This document shows, one piece after another, positions 48,001-55,011 of a DNA stretch of 64,000 nucleotides. Position 1 is the stretch's first letter; every line of letters begins with the position of its first letter. Source of the stretch: Elusimicrobiota bacterium (GTDB taxonomy: Bacteria > Elusimicrobiota > Elusimicrobia > UBA1565); NCBI GenBank assembly GCA_043827405.1, contig JBDRPD010000050.1:156891-220890 (forward strand), in the 5' to 3' direction. The notes under the pieces are model-generated. The model did no database searches, had not been told where the DNA came from, and saw only the letters and a program-made list of their open reading frames with translations. The position numbers and the translations under genes are program-made.

Positions 48001-50395
48001 CATCGCCGAGGCCGAAGAGAAGGGCGACCGGAAGATGGTTGATGAACTGCAGAAGGCATGGGACGAGGACATCGCCACCGCCATTAAGGAAGGCATCAAG
48101 AGCCGGATGCGGCCCGAATTCGTCAACCGCCTCGACCCCGATCCGCGCTCGAAGAGCAAATGGGTACTCTTCAACCGCCTTAACCGGGCGCATGCGCGGC
48201 TGATCACCAAGATCGAGCTCAGAAAGTTCACCCGGCTGCTCGAAGACCGCCACGGCACGAAGCTCGAATACGACAAGGAGGTGATCGACTTCATCTCAGA
48301 GTACGGCTTCTCGCCGGTATACGGCGCGCGGCCGCTTAAGGAAACGATCGAGAAGTTCATCAGCGACACTCTCGCCCTGTGGATCCTCAAGGAAGCGACC
48401 GAGGGCGGCAGCGACGTGCGCGGCGGCAGAATCAAGGTTTCCATAGAGGACGGAAAGCCCAAGTTCACGGTCCTCCCCAAGGAGGAGAAGAAGGTCGAAC
48501 GCACGGCACTTGAAGGACTCGCCCACCGCATGACCGAGGAGGTCATGGCCGTGATCGAGGGGTTGGTGGAGGACTGGCTCGGCGACGGGCAAGGCACGCC
48601 CGAACCGACGGAGAGCTACTTCGACTCAATCCTGCACCAGCTTAAGGGCGATGCGCCCTCCGCCCCCGCGGAAGGGACGCCGACGGCCTTCTATCCCGAT
48701 ACGCCGCTGCCCATGCGGGCGGATGCGGCTTATACGGCGGAGCACAACAATCCCGCCAAGCGCGACCAGGCCATGCGCAAGGCGATCAAAGACGCCGTTG
48801 CCTTAAGTCCCGATCTGCTCGGCGGCGAGGGCTTCCTCAAGCTTTTCGTGCGGCACGCCAAGGCCCGCGCCGGCGCCGGCGAGAAGCCGGTCAGCCTGAA
48901 GCTGCAGCGGGCCGACGGCACGGTCCGCGCGCTCGTTCACGGCGACCATGCGCTTACCGACGATGAGCGGCGTTTCCTGCAGGACCACTTCACCGGAACG
49001 CCGCCGGCCAGCCTGCGCGCGGCGCAGAAAAAGGCGGATCTCCTCGGCGTCGACTCGGAGCGCGAGTTCGACAGCGCCCTGCTCGATCTCTACCGGCGGA
49101 TCGCGACGACGCCCGGAGCGCGTATCGGCTTCGCCTCCGACAGCGCGGGGACCGACTACTGGCTGGAAATCGCGCCGCCGCGGGAATCGATAGCCGCAGC
49201 GGCGGCGCCGAAAAAGCTCACTCCGCACCAGCAGCGTGAACGCGCCAAGGCGAAAAAGCTATTCCTCAAAACGGTCCTATCCAAGAACGACGACGGTCCG
49301 GCCATCAGCATCGCCGCCGCGACCGGCTGGGCCGAGCTCTCCACTCCCGAAGATCTGGCCGAGGTCCGCGGCTGGATCCTGGACAAGAAATGGGCGGCCA
49401 AGGACACCATCAGCGGCCGCCTGACCGGCGACTGGCCGCTCTTGATGACGATGGCGCTGACCATGGAGAAGCACGGCACCGCCGCCGACATCAAGCCGCT
49501 GGAAACCATGCTGCGCGCCTTAACCTCCGGCTCGCACTTCCACCAGCCGGCCAAGACGGCGCTGACCGGTGCCCTGACCGCGGTCCTAACCCGCGCCGGA
49601 TATGAAGAGGTCCTCACCGCCTATGAAAGGTCAAAAGGCGTTGTTAATCATGAGGTCAACCAGGCCGTCCTTCCGGCCCTAGGACAAACAGGGCGCGCTG
49701 ACGACATCGATAAACTCCTCAGCAGCACCGGCGGGATGGACTATCTGCCCAATGCCGAAGGCTTCGCGCACCTAGTCGCGCGCACCGACCCGGACCGGCT
49801 CGCCGCCTTCATGGCCGAGCGCTGGCCCGTAAACTCCGACGGCAAGATTCCCAAAGACCGTCAACCCTGGGATTCACGCACCGTGGCCGAACGCACCGCC
49901 GTACTCAGGATCGTCGCCGCAGGCACGGACAACCCTGAACGCGATCTGGAGATCCTGTGGCGGATCGTCGGGCTCAAGCACGGCTCCGACCGCCCGACTA
50001 CCTATGCCGCCGCCGAAGCCTTCGGCACGGTGGCCGGCCGGCTCGGCGGCGCCGGGGACCTCAAGCAGCGCTTCGCGGACTTTAACAAGACGCATACCAT
50101 GACCAGCAGCGACCGCGACTGGGGAAAACTCCTCGCCTTGCTCCATACCGCCCGCGAGGTCGGAGGCGCCGACGTACTGCCGGCCTTGGAGGAAATTCTC
50201 GCCCGCTCCCCGTCCGGCCTGGACTACAACTACGAGCAGCCCTACTTTGAGACTCCTCTCACTTGGGCCAAGGTCTTAGTGCGCAGCGGGCTGTTTCCCG
50301 CCTACGCAAGGACGCGCCTGCAAAAGATGCTGACCTCGCGCCGGCCGATGGAGACCGCCGCCGCCCTCTACGCCATCGCCTTGGCGCGATCATAA
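42032..50395 (+). CDS. Giant multidomain Clp/Hsp100 AAA+ ATPase (2787 aa)
   Basis: NBD1 GPAGTGKT / LLDE. NBD2 GPTGTGKT, RLIGSPPGYVGY, LFDEIEKAH, YGARPL. Long extensions on both sides. Confidence 0.92.
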   Translation: MSLHIKYTAAAVCASLILTAPGVPCYQALASVAAVSSAGRGAAVSGAAGASVGAVPHGLAGQLLNPVQVDIQGSLSTVANLSVQPAANIPIPTTIPSPTLKAAHQPQAKPLIKERLPQKLGRIQKQFPKDKKNKSGIRSRLFFDGGHLLKRGGASAVAGKASITASSLNPAFTGTPVNKPALPAPRRSRAKSSWLVPAADAALLTAAVILWQADLLPVSLGLSAALFMLGEVGGGAPDPRDKVFRGQELSGPTEIWINLDSELSPQQRGAFVRRHGLSAEAEREWIMNHRLRIVAGSVADAGSIVRSVIEDERVDSIAVHQEIEELIQGAAPAAPPARSAYRAGASDFNDGSPAGDIWIYFREGTNRAAIETMLGDSYRADFHMSEPTPRVVVHAGGSADDAYRLGARMITNPNVSEVRAHIGVAWRLRTDTRAEILADRRLEARQVRARFLWAADPEGARAVFFGAPWQSSSPETLDDDTVVVTATLNSDADMARALQDLAAVDSIDRIYANPDEVPTIEGPAPQQNTVLDKLTSEGYEGSDPLLLKVRLYEEVAARQIGEIVARSLDDRYRRWEFDYVDDRRNSRGSEFTVFLTNLHDDAAMAEGIMLLAAEQEVAEIGVSPEYHEAARGEAPKAPTTPGKFSTADHGSVDPFFFRFRIAEHLNQAHAHGLMERSFKDLFAGWKVEDENDGPGVLVSVNIKHATGAETFIAGLLNLEREKGVSEIIVKADILDLVRHARPAQPAPAPSGALSKIQGDPRHYYGIGGGIPDGREVKVYLRPRPGGPSADALVDQLGIEYGSMGHNGNAPEEDGTVEVKIDGTTFSDLDEFARQVIRAAGIEGVERIVVSPEVFVEILRLEGQPTEAPAGASLLDKFQTNPAAENGPDHLVVAVVRLDEGDTPVEEMAEIKGLTGGTVDGVTVAREGTYNGVHAQYSEVHAGSYLADEEFARKLAALAWNDRVVGIEVRTDKMEAVRPILEKAALAQQHSRRNTSGASPEAKIHARQDMIGVGNFWIHYRPGLTQDELRAIQGPYVTGSARFITLQGKSGPFMKSLIEAPDANAAADLAHRIAAEPDVTAVHLHPDAADLLRSAPANMEPLRAAPPQHDRKIVHGDLAPDFMKVEFNAGTSDSLIDTVLGAHGFGRLNANRNPADVRPGEIGKILALAAEAVVHTITLGAAKFGELAGRNVFRAAPAPTAEEVSPPEEAPHAAETEPEPDPGPLGKAAVDASVFERHELRVMFAPGTSAEQIDAFLNDHILKNAGLYRRPDPLSLSLISREPAASARTMQAAKQNAQVASVLMSQETWADLNSLKDEVFTSETPENDLRAVEEERGLLIRFIEQDSQKIHEFAKKFDLRLAAPDYREKGQHLYEMPESYDPAWLIDAMRVNIENGNWPVAEISPLIENESAPIEKAPPPAARRDAHADWIEFLNTRPLNGGDKTLTSEQVRALSVFLKPVVPPSGVRKHPVIGRMDEMKRATRILTAPRGGITSAMLVGPAGTGKTAVFEGLAQLIEDAEHADAVRVRKTDGSSDYLHIKRLRARWFVELDIDRLLTEEDPVKTLLALIDMIPQLNNPDQREGNKVILLLDEIQKLRDNPQGIRIMNAMKRPIRDGRIAVAGTTTDKEWKQYFDTDEALKSRFELIPVDEPAPEETLEMLRGAKAHFEWKHDTQIDDDALEAAAKLSEQFIKEFNNPRASFDFVIPGAAELARPDNLRSALAFDIREGWRRLTASVNTARQTLIDKGIASSLALPAELYNRVAGLIKEIIEDYEARDAVQDGKGAVTSGVVKRRISEMTGIHAGQLTMGEEDTQRYVDMEQTMAEDVVNQDRALEALGRAIRRNKAGLGDPNKPMGKFLFVGPTGTGKTHIVKQLAKFLFEDEEAYIRFDMTEFMEQHSVARLIGSPPGYVGYEEAGQLTEAVRKKPYSVVLFDEIEKAHPDVWNIFLQILDDGHLTDGHGRRVDFKNTVIIFTSNIGMDVVDSDGFARRIAEAEEKGDRKMVDELQKAWDEDIATAIKEGIKSRMRPEFVNRLDPDPRSKSKWVLFNRLNRAHARLITKIELRKFTRLLEDRHGTKLEYDKEVIDFISEYGFSPVYGARPLKETIEKFISDTLALWILKEATEGGSDVRGGRIKVSIEDGKPKFTVLPKEEKKVERTALEGLAHRMTEEVMAVIEGLVEDWLGDGQGTPEPTESYFDSILHQLKGDAPSAPAEGTPTAFYPDTPLPMRADAAYTAEHNNPAKRDQAMRKAIKDAVALSPDLLGGEGFLKLFVRHAKARAGAGEKPVSLKLQRADGTVRALVHGDHALTDDERRFLQDHFTGTPPASLRAAQKKADLLGVDSEREFDSALLDLYRRIATTPGARIGFASDSAGTDYWLEIAPPRESIAAAAAPKKLTPHQQRERAKAKKLFLKTVLSKNDDGPAISIAAATGWAELSTPEDLAEVRGWILDKKWAAKDTISGRLTGDWPLLMTMALTMEKHGTAADIKPLETMLRALTSGSHFHQPAKTALTGALTAVLTRAGYEEVLTAYERSKGVVNHEVNQAVLPALGQTGRADDIDKLLSSTGGMDYLPNAEGFAHLVARTDPDRLAAFMAERWPVNSDGKIPKDRQPWDSRTVAERTAVLRIVAAGTDNPERDLEILWRIVGLKHGSDRPTTYAAAEAFGTVAGRLGGAGDLKQRFADFNKTHTMTSSDRDWGKLLALLHTAREVGGADVLPALEEILARSPSGLDYNYEQPYFETPLTWAKVLVRSGLFPAYARTRLQKMLTSRRPMETAAALYAIALARS

Positions 50396-50413
50396 GCCTT
50401 CTTTTTTCGTATC

Positions 50414-51226
50414 ATGAGCCCGCTCATGACTTCCTCCTGCCACAACCACTCCATATGGAGCGACGGCCAGACCCCGGTCGCCGACATGGTCGCCGGCGCG
50501 CGGAAGCTGGGCCTGGACGTCCTCGGCATGTCCGACCACTGGGTCCTGCATCCGAGCGGCCAGACGCCCAAGTGGTCGATGCCGCCGGAGAAGCTCGGCG
50601 AATATATTGGACATGTGCGCTCCTTCGATGATCGCGCCGGGCTCCGGGTCCTCGCCGGCGTAGAGGTGGACTGGATAGCGGAATCGGCCGCCGGGATCCG
50701 CGACGCGCTGAAGAAAGCCGCCCCGGACTATTCCATCGGCTCGATCCATTACGCCGATCCCGCCACCGAACCGATCGACGGTACCCGCAAGTACTGGGAC
50801 CGTATGACGCAGGACGAGGTGGACGAGGCGCATCATATCTACTGGAAGAACCTGCGCGCCATGGCGGAAAGCCGGCTGTTCACCATCGCCGGGCACCTCG
50901 ACCTGACCAAAAAGTTCCGCGTCTACGCCAGCGCTCCGCCCCAGGACATTATTAAGGCGGCGCTGGACGCCATCGCCCGGGCGGGCATGCCGGTCGAGCT
51001 CAACACCTCCGGCTGGCATAAGCCCTGCGACGAGTGCTACCCCGCGCCGGCACTGCTGAAGCAATGCCGCAGCCGGGAGATCCCGGTCATACTGACCGCC
51101 GACGCCCACCACCCCGACCAACTGCGGCGAGACTTTGACCGCGGCGCGCTGCTGCTGAAGGACATCGGCTACACCAAGACGGTACGGCTGGGCCCGGACG
51201 GCCTGACAGAATACCCCCTTAGATAA
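50414..51226 (+). CDS. PHP-family histidinol-phosphatase (HisJ/HisK-like)
   Basis: HNHS..SDG, SDH, GSIH, GHLD, ELNTSG, ADAH. Confidence 0.85.
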   Translation: MSPLMTSSCHNHSIWSDGQTPVADMVAGARKLGLDVLGMSDHWVLHPSGQTPKWSMPPEKLGEYIGHVRSFDDRAGLRVLAGVEVDWIAESAAGIRDALKKAAPDYSIGSIHYADPATEPIDGTRKYWDRMTQDEVDEAHHIYWKNLRAMAESRLFTIAGHLDLTKKFRVYASAPPQDIIKAALDAIARAGMPVELNTSGWHKPCDECYPAPALLKQCRSREIPVILTADAHHPDQLRRDFDRGALLLKDIGYTKTVRLGPDGLTEYPLR

Positions 51227-51287
51227 GGTGCCAGGCATGTTATCTAAAGACGGACGGCGTTTAGATAACATGCCTGGCACCTTATCT
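51221..51287. repeat. Perfect 28-bp inverted repeat with 11-nt loop
   Basis: AGATAAGGTGCCAGGCATGTTATCTAAA (51221-51248) and its exact reverse complement (51260-51287). Confidence 0.95.
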
Positions 51288-51306
51288 GGGGCTTATCTTT
51301 AATAGA

Positions 51307-52368
51307 ATGGGGGCGTTGAAAACCGCGCTCAAGAATATTTTCTACGGCACGCTGCACGGCGTCGGGCTGACGGCTCTGGTCCGCCTCAAGAACCGCGCGC
51401 AGGTGCCGGTCCTTATTTATCACGGGGTCACCGATGATGACCGCGACGACGCCCTCGACGTCGAACGCGTCCATATCAAGACCGCGGGCTTGCGCCGGCA
51501 CCTGGAGTTCATCGCGCGCCATTACCGCGTCGTTCCCCTGAGCCGCCTGGCCGACGCCCTGCGCGGCGGCCCAGCGCTCCCCCCCTACAGCCTCGCGCTC
51601 ACTTTCGACGACGGCTACGAAAACAACTTCACCGCCGCCTATCCGCTGCTCAAGGAGTTCGCGATGCCCGCGACCTTCTTCCTCTCGACCGACTTCGTCA
51701 ACGAACGCATTCCCCTGTGGGTGGACCGTCTAAAGAGCGTGTTCCGCGCGACCGAGCTGGCGGCCTGGACCGATCTCTCGGGGCGAGCCCACCTGCTGGG
51801 CAGCATCGAGGAGCGCGCGGCGGCCTATCTGCGCGCCAACCGCGAACTTAAAGAGCTCGACGGCGGCGAGCATGAGCAGGCGCTCGAACGCATCGAAACG
51901 GAGCTGCTGGAAGACAAACAGATCAAGCTGCTCTCGCTCTTTAACCCGCTCACCAAGAAGCAGATCCGCGAGATGGCCTCTTCCGAACTCATCGAGTTCG
52001 GCTCGCACGCGTGCCGGCACCGCCTGCTCTCCAAGCTGCCCCCGGAAGAAGTCGCGCGCGAGCTGACCGAGTCGCGCCGCATCGTTTCCGAGTTGTCCGG
52101 AACCGAAACGGTTTCCTTCTCCTATCCCAACGGCGATTTTGACCGCGGGATCATGGCGGCGGTGGAAAAGGCCGGCTATACGTCGGCCGTAGCCGGCGGG
52201 CTATGCCTAAACCGGCCGCAGCGAACCTCCCCGTACGCCGTCGCGCGGGTGGCGCTGGCCGAAGACGACAGCGAGGCGCTGATCGCGGCGACCCTATGCG
52301 GCATCCGCGAGCGCCTGCTGGCGCTGCGGGGACATCCCCAAATTGAGCATTACCGGCGCCATGGCTGA
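51307..52368 (+). CDS. Polysaccharide deacetylase (CE4)
   Basis: LIYHGV, TFDDGY, FGSH..H, FSYPNG. Confidence 0.9.
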   Translation: MGALKTALKNIFYGTLHGVGLTALVRLKNRAQVPVLIYHGVTDDDRDDALDVERVHIKTAGLRRHLEFIARHYRVVPLSRLADALRGGPALPPYSLALTFDDGYENNFTAAYPLLKEFAMPATFFLSTDFVNERIPLWVDRLKSVFRATELAAWTDLSGRAHLLGSIEERAAAYLRANRELKELDGGEHEQALERIETELLEDKQIKLLSLFNPLTKKQIREMASSELIEFGSHACRHRLLSKLPPEEVARELTESRRIVSELSGTETVSFSYPNGDFDRGIMAAVEKAGYTSAVAGGLCLNRPQRTSPYAVARVALAEDDSEALIAATLCGIRERLLALRGHPQIEHYRRHG

Positions 52369-53425
52369 GCTCATCGCCGCCCGGCAAGAGGACTACGACG
52401 CGTTGGCGGGCTACCTGGGCGCCTTCATTGGCACGTACGGCGAGCGCCGGTTCTGGCTGAGCCGCTTCCGGCTATGGTGGGACGCCAATCCGGCTTATGC
52501 CGCGGACCAGCCCCGAGGCTGGCTGCTTAAGGACCAAGGCCGGATCGCGGGCTTTCTCGGCGCTGTCCCGAGCCGGATGCTCGTCGGCGGCGGCGAACGA
52601 ACCGTCTACTCGATCACCTCCTGGATGGTCGACGAGGCCTTCCGCGACCGCAGCCTGGAGCTGCTGCTGCGGCTGATGGAGCACGCCGCCGACACTTTGC
52701 TCTTTGACACCACGCCGACCGACCACGTCGACGAGATTCTGCGCAATCTGGAATTCAAACCGCTGCCCTGGGGCGAGGACAAGGAGAGCTTCGTGCTGAT
52801 CGACCCGGCGCGCTGCGTCGAGGCCCTGCTGCCCGAACTCCCCGGCTCCGGGCTCGCCGCCAAAGCGGCGGCGGCGCCGCTGGGCCTGCTGCAGCGCCTG
52901 CGCGGTGCCGGTGCGGGGAAATCCGGACGCCGCGTCGCCCGGTGCGCCGCCGCCGACGCCGCCTTCGATACTCTCTGGGAAAGTACCCGGAAGTCCGCCG
53001 CCACGACCAACGTGCGCACGGCCGCGGTCCTTAAATGGCACTGCACGGAAGACGACAAGATCGACAAACGGCTCTACGCCTGCCGCGAGGGCGACAAGCT
53101 CTCGGCCTACGCGATCATGCGGGTGCGCGACCGGCGGGGTCTGCGGACTCTCGAATGCGTGGACCTGTGGCCAAACGAGACGCCGGCCCTCTCCGACCTC
53201 ATCTCACAAATCGCCGAGGACGCCCGTATCGAGGGGCTCCACCTCCTCACCTTTCCCCATTTCTCGCCGCGGCTCGGCGCTCGCCTGCGTGAGCTCAACC
53301 TCTTCGAGCGCGGACTGCGGCGCAAAAACTTATGCCTGGCCCCCGCCGGATTGAGGGACGCCCTCAGGGAAGAGAATTCCTACTTTGTCGGTCTGCAGGG
53401 AGACTACGGCACGGCGGGGCCCTGA
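52361..53425 (+). CDS. Probable tandem GNAT-fold acyltransferase
   Basis: IAGFLGAVP...SWMVDEAFR and NVRT..VLKW. Coupled to the deacetylase gene. Confidence 0.6.
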   Translation: MAELIAARQEDYDALAGYLGAFIGTYGERRFWLSRFRLWWDANPAYAADQPRGWLLKDQGRIAGFLGAVPSRMLVGGGERTVYSITSWMVDEAFRDRSLELLLRLMEHAADTLLFDTTPTDHVDEILRNLEFKPLPWGEDKESFVLIDPARCVEALLPELPGSGLAAKAAAAPLGLLQRLRGAGAGKSGRRVARCAAADAAFDTLWESTRKSAATTNVRTAAVLKWHCTEDDKIDKRLYACREGDKLSAYAIMRVRDRRGLRTLECVDLWPNETPALSDLISQIAEDARIEGLHLLTFPHFSPRLGARLRELNLFERGLRRKNLCLAPAGLRDALREENSYFVGLQGDYGTAGP

Positions 53426-53455
53426 CGCCTATCCGGAACTCATAATTCTGGCGCG

Positions 53456-53677
53456 CTAGACCGGCTCCGCCTCTTCCACCGCGGCTCTCAGCTCGCCGTA
53501 GGTTTTGACGATGCCGGCCCGCATGCAGTCCTTGCCCAGATGGCGGCGAATAGAAGCAATCAGCAGAGCCTTCTTTAAAGAGGTCTCCAGGCCGCCCTGA
53601 TCCAGGCGGTAGTCGTCGCTGATATCGCCGGCCGCGCAGCCGGCTAAACCCGCCACGACCTCCTCAAGCGTCTTCAT
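53456..53677 (-). CDS. Acyl-carrier-protein-like protein
   Basis: 73 aa. GLETSL (GxDSL-like Ser) and TYGEL C-terminal helix. Confidence 0.55.
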   Translation of the reverse strand: MKTLEEVVAGLAGCAAGDISDDYRLDQGGLETSLKKALLIASIRRHLGKDCMRAGIVKTYGELRAAVEEAEPV

Positions 53678-54719
53678 GGGCGGCTAGACGCTCGCGCAGC
53701 GCCCGCAGAAACCGCGCGGCTTCGCGGCCTTCGGATAGACGGTGGTCAAAAGTGAGATTCAGCTGAAATAGGCGGTCGCCCCCAACTTCATATTCGGCGC
53801 CGACGCCGAGGATGGCCGACTGCCCATGGTTAATGACGGGCAGGAAGGAGAAGACATCCTCGCCGGAGAGATCCGTCACGGTAAAGGTCCCGTCCTGGAG
53901 GGACTTCGCCGGCAGTGAATCCTCATGGTATTCGAGCGCGTAGTCCTGGACCTCGCGCGCGATGGCGGGAATTTCCTTCTTATCGGCTTCGCGGACCACC
54001 GGCACGCGGATGCCGCGGCCGTCGTCAATCACGAGACCGACATTAACGAACGGGTATTCGTGGATTCCCTCATCCTCATAGCGGGCATTGAATACCGGGA
54101 AGTCGCGCAATAGTCGAGCGCACTCAAAGAGGATGACCGGAGTCAAACTGCCCCCCCATGCGGCTTGCTTCCTGGCGGCGGCGCGCAGCCCCTTGGTCCG
54201 GCAGAGAACGGCAACGGCGCTGGCGTAGCGGTTATTGTCGCCGGCGAGGTACCGGTTCTCGGCACGCTTCTGTTCCGAGAGCGGCTTGACATCGACGGCC
54301 GCGCCGAGCCCCAGCGCCGCCAGCACATCGCTCTCACGCACCAGCTTTTTACCCGCAAACTTCTCGGGAGAAAGTCCGTGTCTCTCCATGACCTGCTTCG
54401 CTTTTTCGCTGAACAGCGGACCGCCGGACGCGGCCGCCGCCTGCGGCGCAGGCGCGGCGGGCAGCGGGTCATCGGCGTTCACGGAAATATAACACAGCAG
54501 TCCGCCGACCGGGACCTGGGCGCCCTCTTCCGCCCGGCGGCGCAGCCAACCGGCCGCCGGCGCCGGAATCTCCAGGACCGACTTGCTGGTCTCAACCTCG
54601 GCGACCACGGCATTTTTTTCCACCGCCGCGCCCTCGGCAAAATGCCAGCGCACCAGCTTAACCGTTTCGTCGTTTACGTTCTCACGGGGCACGCGCACCG
54701 CGACGGGCTCAGCAGTCAT
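53664..54719 (-). CDS. 2-oxoacid dehydrogenase E2-like acyltransferase
   Basis: Lipoyl domain VETSKS. Catalytic domain GTFTVT...LTFDHR. Confidence 0.85.
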   Translation of the reverse strand: MTAEPVAVRVPRENVNDETVKLVRWHFAEGAAVEKNAVVAEVETSKSVLEIPAPAAGWLRRRAEEGAQVPVGGLLCYISVNADDPLPAAPAPQAAAASGGPLFSEKAKQVMERHGLSPEKFAGKKLVRESDVLAALGLGAAVDVKPLSEQKRAENRYLAGDNNRYASAVAVLCRTKGLRAAARKQAAWGGSLTPVILFECARLLRDFPVFNARYEDEGIHEYPFVNVGLVIDDGRGIRVPVVREADKKEIPAIAREVQDYALEYHEDSLPAKSLQDGTFTVTDLSGEDVFSFLPVINHGQSAILGVGAEYEVGGDRLFQLNLTFDHRLSEGREAARFLRALRERLAAHEDA

Positions 54720-54802
54720 GGGAGGTCTTCTCTCGTTCACGCACGCCGCCATCATACCAAAAGTCCTCCAAAGCCCGCATTTGATATACTGCGCCGTCCG
54801 AC

Positions 54803-54982
54803 ATGAAGAAGCTTCTCGCGAAAATCTGCGACCACTGCCCGTTGTGCAACCACGCACGCAAAAACCCCGACTCGTTTCTCGGCAAGCTCCTGAACCACCC
54901 CGCGCACGCCGACAACTGCCCCGCCTGGAAGGCGCATAAGGAGCATTACGGCGGCGGGACGCCGCACCAGGCGGACTCCTGA
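54803..54982 (+). CDS. Small Cys-rich protein (59 aa, below the ORF-track cutoff)
   Basis: MKKLLAKICDHCPLCNHARKNPDSFLGKLLNHPAHADNCPAWKAHKEHYGGGTPHQADS. Confidence 0.65.
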   Translation: MKKLLAKICDHCPLCNHARKNPDSFLGKLLNHPAHADNCPAWKAHKEHYGGGTPHQADS

Positions 54983-55011
54983 TCAACAGCCGCTGGCGCA
55001 TACCTCTCGCC

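Noticed and set aside
42032..50395. Calling the giant ATPase ClpV (T6SS) or ordinary clpB
   Set aside because: No T6SS genes nearby, no Clp_N domain and only a short middle domain, so no gene symbol was assigned
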